Sequence record: MK165087.1
DNA from: Escherichia phage BRET
Direction: 5' to 3' (one strand)
DNA length: 59,550 nt
A program made the translations under genes and the position numbers. Position 1 is the stretch's first letter, and each line of letters begins with the position of its first letter. Positions 29,764 to 38,633 of this stretch are shown here, piece by piece. The notes beneath the pieces were generated by a model, which worked only from the letters and a program-made list of their open reading frames with translations, was not told the origin of the DNA and did no database searches.

Positions 29764-31179
29764 TTACGCCTCGTTTTCGTATTTAATAACTTCTTGTGCG
29801 TTATTAATATTAAACGCAGTCCGGCGCATCATGCAAGGTCCGCAAGTACCGCAATGCAAATCCCCGTTACGGTAACAGCTCCAGGTGTGCTCCAACGGGG
29901 CCCCTAAACGCAGACCTGTAGCGACAATTTCGTGCTTCATTAAGTTACCTACTGGCATGAGCACTTCAACGCGCTTACCGTCCCCTACAGCGAACGGTAA
30001 CACCTGATTAAAGCGGTTAATAAACTCAGGTTCGTTGTCCGGATAGGCTCCAGCTTCTTCTAGGTTGTTACCAAGAACAATATAGTCGAAACCGTTAGCT
30101 TCTGCGTATGCAGTAGCAACAGAAAGCATCACAAGGTTACGAGCTGGAACCCATTCATGCGCGAACTCAGCGCCTTCTTCACCGCCCGCAATTGCAGCAT
30201 CTTGGTCAAATAACGGGCTATCTTTTTTATCGTAAATTGGGATTGGGAATTCAACTAACGGAACTTCCATCACTTCCGCAATTTTACGAATAGCCTTCAA
30301 CTCGTTAGTTTCTGCACGACAACCATACTGGAAGTTAATTAAAGTGACATCTAACCCATTGGACTTACACATCTGAGCTGCTACTGTGCTGTCCATACCA
30401 CCACTGGCGACAACTAACGCGCGTTGAGTCTGCTTATTTGGAATAAGATCAACTTCATTGCATACATCGGTCGATGTGACCACATTGCAGGTGTAAGGCT
30501 TCAGCATTTGTTTAATAGCACGGGATGGTAGCATATCTTCCTGGCTGGCGAAATACATACCAGTATCAGTCTTACCAATCCAGATTGGACGATAATTACA
30601 TGCTGTAAACACACATCCTGGAAAGGAATCATGTGTTGCAAGGATTGCGAAGCTACCTTTCAATTTGCGAATAACTTCATGAAACACACTGTACAGGTAA
30701 TTAAAGTCAGACAAACACATTTCATCTGCTGAAAGTGTACATTCTGCTAACTGTTCAACGATCGCAGCACTATCAATCTTAGTCTGTAGGGCATAGGTAC
30801 GAAGGTCTTTATCGTTCGCAATAGTACCGTTATGAACAATAGTCCAACCATCCATATGATACGGTTGCTGGTCCCACTCATTCTTGTCAACGACCCACTC
30901 TGTAGTCGGTTCAGCGCGAGCGTTACCAATCATTGTGAAGCTACCAATAGCTCCAGCATGAGATACAATGCGCCCAACTTTAACAAGACGTTCCAGCGAT
31001 GTTTTCTTACCGACACTAACAATACGTTGCGGGTGCATACTGTGGTCACCATGCGTAAAGCGTACACCAAGACCATCACGACCACGGTTGATACTAGCTT
31101 TAATAAGATCCTCAATGTCGTTACGGATAATAAGACTTTCAGGTTGACCGTTAGTAATAACACCAAAGATAGAGCACAT
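29764..31179 (-). CDS. queC: Gat-QueC (class II glutamine amidotransferase fused to QueC)
   Basis: N-terminal MCSIFGV (Ntn Cys), SGGMDS PP-loop, C-terminal CxxxC..CxxC zinc motif; AGGAAGG RBS before internal ATG (track ORF extends to 31278). Confidence 0.8.
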   Translation of the reverse strand: MCSIFGVITNGQPESLIIRNDIEDLIKASINRGRDGLGVRFTHGDHSMHPQRIVSVGKKTSLERLVKVGRIVSHAGAIGSFTMIGNARAEPTTEWVVDKNEWDQQPYHMDGWTIVHNGTIANDKDLRTYALQTKIDSAAIVEQLAECTLSADEMCLSDFNYLYSVFHEVIRKLKGSFAILATHDSFPGCVFTACNYRPIWIGKTDTGMYFASQEDMLPSRAIKQMLKPYTCNVVTSTDVCNEVDLIPNKQTQRALVVASGGMDSTVAAQMCKSNGLDVTLINFQYGCRAETNELKAIRKIAEVMEVPLVEFPIPIYDKKDSPLFDQDAAIAGGEEGAEFAHEWVPARNLVMLSVATAYAEANGFDYIVLGNNLEEAGAYPDNEPEFINRFNQVLPFAVGDGKRVEVLMPVGNLMKHEIVATGLRLGAPLEHTWSCYRNGDLHCGTCGPCMMRRTAFNINNAQEVIKYENEA

Positions 31180-31180
31180 A

Positions 31181-31930
31181 TTATTTACCTTCCTTAACCA
31201 TTTCAATTTCACGCTCAACGGATGCAATAATGTCGTTGAGGTCTTCCAGTAAGTCCTTATGACCGCGCTCACCCGCACACAGCAATTTCTTCAGTGCATG
31301 TTGCATGGGCCCACTGGTTACATTGAATGCTTTAATTACGTCGTACACGTCAACCCATACATCAATTTCGATTGGGCTACCATTAATGTCATGAGATTCA
31401 AAAGTTTTAATTTTGCGCATATATTTATTCGGACGTGGAGCTTTAATCTCCTGGATACAACCCTTATTAATAAATGCTTCATTAACGAATAGTTCCGGCT
31501 CACCTTCTTTGTTACGATCAACGTTAAAGACATTCGTAAGTAGATCGTCCATGATACCAGCTAATTTTTCGGAAGAAGTTTTATGATTTTTAACCATCTC
31601 TTCCGCTTTCTGTGTTCCGCTAACAGAAGCACTAATGCGCCATTTGTAAAGCGCATTACGCGGAGGCGTTACATGCGTGTTGTAGACTGTCTTTAAGCTC
31701 ATAAGATCACTTCCATCCATACCTTCAACAAAGACAGTGAGTTCGGGACTAATATCGTTCAGAACATCTACTAAATATCCTTCTCGAATTACAGATGCAA
31801 GAGCTGTATTGGACGCCGCCTGGGAAACTGTGGTCACATAATGTTTTACAAATCCGTCTTCATCAAACAGACACTGGTTTAACACATCTTGTGGAACAAT
31901 TTGACCGAGTAATTGAATATGCTTATTCAT
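31181..31930 (-). CDS. hypothetical protein embedded in the deazaguanine cluster
   Basis: 249-aa ORF between queE and gat-queC, stop 1 nt from the gat-queC start. Confidence 0.5.
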   Translation of the reverse strand: MNKHIQLLGQIVPQDVLNQCLFDEDGFVKHYVTTVSQAASNTALASVIREGYLVDVLNDISPELTVFVEGMDGSDLMSLKTVYNTHVTPPRNALYKWRISASVSGTQKAEEMVKNHKTSSEKLAGIMDDLLTNVFNVDRNKEGEPELFVNEAFINKGCIQEIKAPRPNKYMRKIKTFESHDINGSPIEIDVWVDVYDVIKAFNVTSGPMQHALKKLLCAGERGHKDLLEDLNDIIASVEREIEMVKEGK

Positions 31931-31964
31931 AACGATTTACCTTATTAGTTGAATATGTATAACT

Positions 31965-32729
31965 TTACTCTACACCTAAATATTTGTGAATCTGCAACTG
32001 CACGATGTAATTATGCTTCATTGCGTATTTAACAACAGCTTGAGCGTTTGCTTTGTTAGCAACGTCATCCTGTTCATCCATAGGTTGAAGATAGATATCA
32101 CCTTTAAAGTGTACCGGAGGACGTGCGATAAATGGTGTTGCACGGTGATCCAGTGCCTGCAACGGTAATCCATCTTCCTCGTTGACGTTTCCGCTTTTCA
32201 TTACATATTTGAAAGCGTCTGCTCTGGCGGAAACACTAGGATGAATCTTTGCTGCCTTAGGACTACATACTACCACACAACTATAGTTGAGTTCACGCGG
32301 GATAGGCATAGTTCCGTTAGTTTCAACCTGTACACGGTATCCTTTCATATCAATAAGATAGTTGATAAAATTAACAACTTCAGGTTGACGGAAAGGTTCG
32401 CCACCAGTAATAACAACTAATTCAGTCTTAGCTTCACCAGTAACACGGACAATCTCTTTCCAGATATCGGTATGACTCATCTTCTTACGATTGGACGTAT
32501 AGTTTGTATCACATCCTGGGCATTGCAGATTACAACCAGCTAAACGAACGAACACGGCAGGTTGACCACAAAACGGGCCTTCACCTTGAATGGTATGAAA
32601 AATGGAATGTACGTCAAGAATACCACGTTCACGAACTAACTTCTCAGGATCCTGAGTATTAATAATTTTCATATGATTTCCAAATTTGGCTTGAGCCCAG
32701 TGGTGGGCGATAATGGCTTGTGCAAACAT
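31965..32729 (-). CDS. queE: 7-carboxy-7-deazaguanine synthase (radical SAM)
   Basis: CNLQCPGCDT CxxxCxxC cluster, IQGEGPFCGQ; start likely the internal ATG with GAGG RBS. Confidence 0.8.
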   Translation of the reverse strand: MFAQAIIAHHWAQAKFGNHMKIINTQDPEKLVRERGILDVHSIFHTIQGEGPFCGQPAVFVRLAGCNLQCPGCDTNYTSNRKKMSHTDIWKEIVRVTGEAKTELVVITGGEPFRQPEVVNFINYLIDMKGYRVQVETNGTMPIPRELNYSCVVVCSPKAAKIHPSVSARADAFKYVMKSGNVNEEDGLPLQALDHRATPFIARPPVHFKGDIYLQPMDEQDDVANKANAQAVVKYAMKHNYIVQLQIHKYLGVE

Positions 32730-32797
32730 TTGAACCTCGGGGTAAGATAACAAAGGGGCAGTAAATGCCCCTTCTGAGTTTCCGAAGTGTCTACAGA

Positions 32798-33622
32798 TTA
32801 CTCTGCAGATTTCTGAGACGGAATTTCTACGTTAGCGGCCGCCTGTGCAATATTAGCAGGTACTGGAACTGATACGCGACCAGTAATGCCCATGTATTTT
32901 TTCCAGCGAGCGTATTCAGCTTTGACGTTCGCTTCGTTCAGGCCTTTGTCCAGTGCAACCGGCAGAACGTAGCTGATCGGTGCAGTCTGGCCCAGCTCCA
33001 GGGTGACAGCGTCAAAGATATCCCATGCAGCACGGCACAGAGTACCAACACCAGGCTTACGAATACCGTTCTGTTCCGGCTCTTTCTTAGCTTCACGTTC
33101 TGCTGCTTTACGAGCGCGCTCTTCGTCCTGCAGACGTTTCTTCTCAGCGCGTTCTGCGTCACGTTTCGCTTTTTCAGCGGCCTTAGTGGCTTCGCGGGCA
33201 GCGGATACACGACCTTTAATATCTTTCAGAGTGGATTCAATGCTAGAAACCAGATCTTCAGATGCTGCAACGGCAGTTTTCAGTTGATCGTTGTCTTTGA
33301 CTTTACGTGCTGCTGCTTTAACAGCTTTCAGACCTTCTTTAGCGGTCTTCAGTTGAGCGGTAACTACCCCTTCAACTGCTTTAACTTCGTCCAGCAACGA
33401 ACCTTCGTGCAGGGTGTCGAACTGTTCTTTAACAGCGGACACAGCACCTTCGATCACATTGTAACCGGCAGTGGCTTCGTTCAATGCGGCGTCAACTTTA
33501 GCCTGCAATTCACGTGCTGCTTTTTCTTCAGCTTCACGTTTTTTCTTTGCTTCAGCTTCTTTTGCTGCTTTCTTTGCTGCTTCTTCTGCTTCCAGTTGTT
33601 CTGGAGTTTTCTCTTTAGCCAT
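32798..33622 (-). CDS. Lys/Ala/Glu-rich coiled-coil protein
   Basis: About 200 aa of KAAEK-type low-complexity helix plus a conserved-looking C-terminal domain; locally GC-rich. Confidence 0.5.
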   Translation of the reverse strand: MAKEKTPEQLEAEEAAKKAAKEAEAKKKREAEEKAARELQAKVDAALNEATAGYNVIEGAVSAVKEQFDTLHEGSLLDEVKAVEGVVTAQLKTAKEGLKAVKAAARKVKDNDQLKTAVAASEDLVSSIESTLKDIKGRVSAAREATKAAEKAKRDAERAEKKRLQDEERARKAAEREAKKEPEQNGIRKPGVGTLCRAAWDIFDAVTLELGQTAPISYVLPVALDKGLNEANVKAEYARWKKYMGITGRVSVPVPANIAQAAANVEIPSQKSAE

Positions 33623-33718
33623 GATTTAAATCCTCACAGTGTGGTTATTGGTTGTGAACTACGTTCTAAGTGGTTGCACTATAACCCCTCTAAAAGAACT
33701 ATGCAATATTTTAGTTAA

Positions 33719-34441
33719 TTAATTTAAGCCACGTTCTTTTACCCAGACCCCTAATGTATTACTTGATGTATTACGCTTCACACCTTGTGCCTCTAAACGA
33801 TCCATCATTTGTTTTCTAAGCTGAAGGATTTCCTTCTTGTCACGAGGTTCACCAGCTTCTTTCCACATTTCGTCAGCAACAGCGAAAATAATATCGCGAG
33901 TGCCGGCTGTACGCGACGTTGCGGCACGTTTTTCGTTTGCCGGTGTGCTAGTACCTTGCCGCTCTCTTGTCGGTGTCCATGCCCCTTGTATGCCCATATT
34001 TGTTTGTACGGTTGGGCCGTCAATGATGGCGGATTCCAATGAACTATCATTCCGTACTTGAATATTAGGCTCCTCCCCCAAATCTGGAACAGAGCTGCCT
34101 TCGCGGTACATGCACTCACCCTCTTTATTACTAGCAATTGCCCAGTCCGCTTGTTCAGCCACATCCGCATCTATTACTGTCTCCGGTATTTCATTTAAAA
34201 AGTAATGGATAATCTTACTGATCATTTTCTTTGGATATAAAGCACCTTGCTTATTACCCGTTAAGTTAATGTACAAAAGCTGCATTTGCACATCATCAAA
34301 CTCCTTATACAGTTCTTCAACTTCTAACGGAAGAACTACAGAACTTTCGCTACAGCATAGAATTCCATACTCATGAAGACGTTGGAAGTTTGGATGTTTG
34401 GCTAATACCTGCATCCGATCGTAATCAATTAAGACGTACAT
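33719..34441 (-). CDS. hypothetical protein
   Basis: Internal ATG with GGAAGG RBS (track ORF extends to 34519 on TTG). Confidence 0.45.
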   Translation of the reverse strand: MYVLIDYDRMQVLAKHPNFQRLHEYGILCCSESSVVLPLEVEELYKEFDDVQMQLLYINLTGNKQGALYPKKMISKIIHYFLNEIPETVIDADVAEQADWAIASNKEGECMYREGSSVPDLGEEPNIQVRNDSSLESAIIDGPTVQTNMGIQGAWTPTRERQGTSTPANEKRAATSRTAGTRDIIFAVADEMWKEAGEPRDKKEILQLRKQMMDRLEAQGVKRNTSSNTLGVWVKERGLN

Positions 34442-34442
34442 A

Positions 34443-34682
34443 TTAATCCTTCCACCATTCAGGCCCACAATACATTCCACGTAGTTCTTCACGCATGTAA
34501 TTTTCAAACTCATCTTCAATATTGATTACTTGACTTTCGTGAAAAACTGCAATACCGTGAATAAACCGTTTGGCTCTTTCACCTTTAATTACACCATAAC
34601 CCAACTCTTCCCACTCTTTAAAAGTCTTCCATTCACCATCTTCCGGTGAATAGTCGTCACTTCTAAACGTCATCTTTGCCAT
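34443..34682 (-). CDS. small hypothetical protein
   Basis: 79 aa from an internal ATG of track ORF 34443..34850; overlaps the helicase 3' end. Confidence 0.35.
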   Translation of the reverse strand: MAKMTFRSDDYSPEDGEWKTFKEWEELGYGVIKGERAKRFIHGIAVFHESQVINIEDEFENYMREELRGMYCGPEWWKD

Positions 34683-34689
34683 ATAAGCC

Positions 34690-36693
34690 TCAAAACGGAA
34701 TGTCGTCATCAAAGTCTGGTGGTAGTTCTTTACCGTTACCAGTAAGAATAGGTTGATTAGACGTAGAATGCAACACTGTCGTACGGGAATCAGTCTGCTC
34801 ATCTTCATCAAACTTATTCGTATAACTTCCACCAAACTGGGACAGACCATTCATTGCTGCAATTTGTACAACCGGACGTTCGTTTGTTGCTTCTTTCTTA
34901 CCGAACTCACTACCGTCGTAACAACTGTTCAACACTTCGGGGAACTTACCCTTCAAGTTGACATAAATGTGCGTCGGTACACGAAGCTGGCTGACCACAT
35001 TGAGAGCTTCGTCAATGTTAGCTGGGATTGCCAAGCTGCAATGTTCACGCCACCAGTTACGCGCTTTCTTACCTGCAAAGCCAGTATGGAATAGGCAAAT
35101 ATATTGTTGAATAGTTTGTGAGCCACAAAGATAATCAACACGAAGTGTTGGTGGCTTAGAACGGTCGCCCCTGTTCTCGTGGCGGTAGTAACTTACCATA
35201 TCAACTTTCAGTACCTCAGTGACCGGTAAATCATTCTTGATAATAGCTTTCGTACTAGCACTCGCCATTAGTTTCTTCTCAAAAGTAAACTCATGACCGC
35301 AATAACCAGCACGACACGCTTTATTATTTGTAATGGTATATCCTAATCCTTGTAGATAGAGTATTTCCTCATGAGACATACTACTTGTATCGAATGGTTT
35401 TAACCCACCGCAATAGCGAACCGACGCATGGTTCCAGGTCTTACATACTGGGCATTCTTTAACAGGTGCAGCGGACTTTCCTTTCTGCCCTGGACGCTTA
35501 GGAATTACAGGGTCGTTAATAGGTCCAAGGCGTCTTGTGTTACCTGCATAGTCCAATACAAGACAGTTCTGTTTATGCGAAGCGGAGATAGCTTGCAAAC
35601 GACCCTCTGTTGTGGTCAAATCAAAACCATCTGCATAATCAGGTCGTGTACCACGTCCAAGCATCTGAACCCATAGGCGGGAAGATTGGGACGGGCGCAT
35701 ACCAATTATCAAGTCAAGACCCGGATGGTCAAAGCCTGTTGTCAATACGTTGTTGTTCGCTATTGCCTGCAAACGACCAGCTTTAAAATCAATAAGATAC
35801 TGGTCACGCAAGGCTTTCGGTGTATCACCAGTTACAACTTCACAACTAATACCGCGCTCGTTGAGGTAGTCTTTGACATCTTTTGCATGGTCTACACCAG
35901 CACAAAAGACAAGCCAACTCATTCTATTCTCTTCTTCCGCAATACTAATCGCATCATCTAATAAATGGCGAGTTACATCAGGATCGTTTACAACCTTTTG
36001 AAGCTCACTTTCAATGAACTCACCACCTCGAGTATGAACACCACTTACATCATACTCTTTCTTTGTTTTACGTGGTACTAACGGAACAAGATAACCTTCA
36101 TCGATGAACCAGTTGAAGCACTCTACGGTACATGCGTTAAATACGATTTCATCAAATAAAGCATTAGGCGCATAATCATCTTTGATAATAGAACCAAAAC
36201 CAAGACGCCAACTCGTAGCAGTAAGACCGATAATCTTTAGATATGGGTTCTTTTCACGAATGTGCGCAAAGAACTTCTGATAACTTGTTTGCTGATTTGG
36301 ACTAATAAGGTCACATTCGTCAACTATAATAATATCAACGTCCTCGAAGTATTTAGCTTGTTTTGCAACAGACTGAATACCTGCGAACGTTATCATTGCG
36401 TTCTTATCTTTGCGACCCATACCAGCACTATAAATACCAGTCGGTGCTTCAGGCCACAACTTCTTAAATTTATCGTGGTTCTGGTCTATCAATTCTTTTA
36501 CGTGAGTAATTACCATCATGCGGGTACTACCCCAATTATCGTGAATTGTCTTTAATAGACCAGCAATTACAAGGGACTTACCAGTCCCTGTAGGCAACAA
36601 GATAACAGGATTTCCTGACTTTTCACCATGCTTGATGAAATAGCGCAATGTACTGTTTACAGCTTCTTGCTGATAATCACGTAGTTTGAACAT
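34690..36693 (-). CDS. SF2 DEAD-like helicase with Zn-finger region and C-terminal DFDDDIPF tail
   Basis: Walker A LLPTGTGKS, DEAD-like IVDECD, CPVC..C..C cluster; last residues are DFDDDIPF. Confidence 0.7.
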   Translation of the reverse strand: MFKLRDYQQEAVNSTLRYFIKHGEKSGNPVILLPTGTGKSLVIAGLLKTIHDNWGSTRMMVITHVKELIDQNHDKFKKLWPEAPTGIYSAGMGRKDKNAMITFAGIQSVAKQAKYFEDVDIIIVDECDLISPNQQTSYQKFFAHIREKNPYLKIIGLTATSWRLGFGSIIKDDYAPNALFDEIVFNACTVECFNWFIDEGYLVPLVPRKTKKEYDVSGVHTRGGEFIESELQKVVNDPDVTRHLLDDAISIAEEENRMSWLVFCAGVDHAKDVKDYLNERGISCEVVTGDTPKALRDQYLIDFKAGRLQAIANNNVLTTGFDHPGLDLIIGMRPSQSSRLWVQMLGRGTRPDYADGFDLTTTEGRLQAISASHKQNCLVLDYAGNTRRLGPINDPVIPKRPGQKGKSAAPVKECPVCKTWNHASVRYCGGLKPFDTSSMSHEEILYLQGLGYTITNNKACRAGYCGHEFTFEKKLMASASTKAIIKNDLPVTEVLKVDMVSYYRHENRGDRSKPPTLRVDYLCGSQTIQQYICLFHTGFAGKKARNWWREHCSLAIPANIDEALNVVSQLRVPTHIYVNLKGKFPEVLNSCYDGSEFGKKEATNERPVVQIAAMNGLSQFGGSYTNKFDEDEQTDSRTTVLHSTSNQPILTGNGKELPPDFDDDIPF

Positions 36694-37644
36694 TTACTCA
36701 CCGTAATAATCTGCTGCTTCGTATTGACCACATGCTGCCATCTGGTCTTCCTTCGTTAATACACCTTCGGTTCCATCTGTGATGTATGCAGTAGCAGAAG
36801 CTACTTTGATTGCACATCTCCAGGTTCCATCTTCGAGCGGATAAGAGTGCTTACAGGTGCGGCAGTTAACTTCAGGCATCTTGTTGTTGTGACATACCGC
36901 TTTGTGGTCACACCATTTGCATTTATAGTAAGATTTACTTTCATTGATCTTAGGTGGTGGGCATTCCGCCAGTGCAATTACAAATCCACGGTCTTTGTAG
37001 CGTTCTGCTGTTTCTTTATCAAACGGTACAAGCTCTGCCCAAATCTCGTCCGTGTTCTTATTAACTGCAATATAAAGAGCGGCTGGGAGCCCATAATACA
37101 ACATGTATTCCTGCATCTGAACATAGTGCTCCCATTTGGATTCCATCACACCATTAACGACAAGTTTCTTGAACGAATCGTTATTGTGCGTTTTCATCTC
37201 CGTCAAGATTGGTGTAGAAGGTTGTGGCATGTCGGGGCAACCAATGACAATACCATCTATCGCAGAGCCAAAGTGTCCGTTGAGATAGCTAACTCTATAC
37301 TGGCTGCCATTTTCGTCTTGTTGGATGACTTGCATACCGGCGGTAAGTAATAAGGCCACGAAGCGACCTTCTTCAAGATGCCCGCGATTGAATAGACGTA
37401 AGGTTTTACCGTTAAAGTGCGGTTTTGTTGCCCATCGCCATCCGTAGAAGATTGCTCTGCTACACTCTTGCCCGATAAGACTAATCCCAAGATGCGAACG
37501 GAATCCGCCATCCCCCTCTCGATATGCGTCTTCAATATGCGGTAATACTTTTCCGAGCCATACTCTGTAAGCGGATCCTTGATCTCGTTCAATACAGTCA
37601 TTGAATAACTCCATTGTCTTAGTAGCAGGATAAAAATGTGGCAT
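36694..37644 (-). CDS. PD-(D/E)XK exonuclease with C-terminal Cys cluster (Cas4/RecB-like)
   Basis: AIDGIVIG...LTEMKTH motif and a C-terminal 4-Cys cluster. Confidence 0.6.
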   Translation of the reverse strand: MPHFYPATKTMELFNDCIERDQGSAYRVWLGKVLPHIEDAYREGDGGFRSHLGISLIGQECSRAIFYGWRWATKPHFNGKTLRLFNRGHLEEGRFVALLLTAGMQVIQQDENGSQYRVSYLNGHFGSAIDGIVIGCPDMPQPSTPILTEMKTHNNDSFKKLVVNGVMESKWEHYVQMQEYMLYYGLPAALYIAVNKNTDEIWAELVPFDKETAERYKDRGFVIALAECPPPKINESKSYYKCKWCDHKAVCHNNKMPEVNCRTCKHSYPLEDGTWRCAIKVASATAYITDGTEGVLTKEDQMAACGQYEAADYYGE

Positions 37645-37660
37645 ATCATAATCCTATATA

Positions 37661-37690
37661 GAAAAATAAAGCTCCCGGAGGAGCTTTATT
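37661..37690 (-). terminator. rho-independent terminator (minus strand)
   Basis: AAAGCTCC-tccg-GGAGCTTT hairpin followed on the minus strand by ATTTTTC. Confidence 0.5.
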
Positions 37691-37706
37691 ATAACATGAT
37701 TTTTAA

Positions 37707-38633
37707 TTACTGTGCAGCGTCATCGCCTTCAGTGGAACGTTTCCACGGTGGAGTCTTGGTCTGAGCTGCTTTAGCGATATCGTCCTGGACTTCAGGTTCT
37801 GCATGGTTAGCAGTACCAGTGTTCTGAGCTTGAGTTTGCGGTTGCTCTGCTCCTGGTTGAACCTGCTGAGTTGCCCAGTTAGGCTGCTGAGTCTGTTGCT
37901 GCGCACCAGTAGCCCACGGTTGGGATTGTGCCGCACTGTTAAAGTCAACTGTTCCAGACTGCTGCGTCTGCTGTACAGGTTGTTGCTGCTGTACCGGCTG
38001 CTGCGGCTGTTGTTGCTGCTGCGTTTGCTGGAACCCCTGAGCCTGAGTTTGCTGCTGCTGTTGCTGCGGCTGCTGCCCAAATGCGCCCGGGAAACCCTGC
38101 TGCGGTTGCTGCTGTTGCTGCTGAGCACCACCAAACGCACCGCCACCGAATGCCGGAGACTGTGCTGCCGCTGCTGGAGTTGACTTAGGCAGGTTAGCCA
38201 TGTCCGCCTTAGTTGCGTATACAACACCTTCCATGTTATCAATTGCTTGATAAATTTGAGGTTCGTTGTTTGGCTCATAGCCAGGTTGTTGACGAACTTT
38301 CACTTTCAGGTTAAACGGAATACCGTGCAGTTGTTCAGTATCGTTCCAAACTGGAACTTTAACAGCACGGGACAGCTCTGCCAGTTCTTCCATTGCAATC
38401 TGTACAGCGACAGGGTTCGCGTTCTTGACGTTGTAACCGCCAAACATTACACGACCAGCAAAATCACCCTGCATAATCTTAAACTGAAGATTCAGACGCG
38501 CACCGCCTGGAGTTTTAGTCGGTTTGATTTCAGAGTTTACAATCTGAACAACATACCAACCAGCGGGCATCAAGCTGTTGTGTTGACGCTCTGCGTGCTG
38601 TCCAGCGTTAAATTGCATTCCTAAACCGGCCAT
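37707..38633 (-). CDS. putative ssDNA-binding / annealing protein with Gln/Gly/Pro-rich linker
   Basis: Structured N-terminal 150 aa then a long Q/G/P-rich low-complexity region like SSB linkers; coupled to the Sak4-like ATPase. Confidence 0.4.
   Translation of the reverse strand: MAGLGMQFNAGQHAERQHNSLMPAGWYVVQIVNSEIKPTKTPGGARLNLQFKIMQGDFAGRVMFGGYNVKNANPVAVQIAMEELAELSRAVKVPVWNDTEQLHGIPFNLKVKVRQQPGYEPNNEPQIYQAIDNMEGVVYATKADMANLPKSTPAAAAQSPAFGGGAFGGAQQQQQQPQQGFPGAFGQQPQQQQQQTQAQGFQQTQQQQQPQQPVQQQQPVQQTQQSGTVDFNSAAQSQPWATGAQQQTQQPNWATQQVQPGAEQPQTQAQNTGTANHAEPEVQDDIAKAAQTKTPPWKRSTEGDDAAQ

Noticed and set aside
33284-33718. 144-aa plus-strand Cys/Phe-rich ORF
   Set aside because: Antisense to the Lys/Ala/Glu-rich gene; composition is a mirror artefact of the repetitive codons.
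34441-34520. Attempted single-nucleotide coordinate check of gene boundaries near 34.44-34.52 kb
   Set aside because: My manual position count disagreed by 2 nt with the supplied ORF track around a T homopolymer; I defer to the track, and all hand-derived coordinates should be treated as approximate.
37803-38183. Leu-rich plus-strand ORF antisense to the Q-rich SSB-like gene
   Set aside because: Artefact of reading CAG/CTG-type repeats on the opposite strand (poly-Leu/Arg); no independent support.
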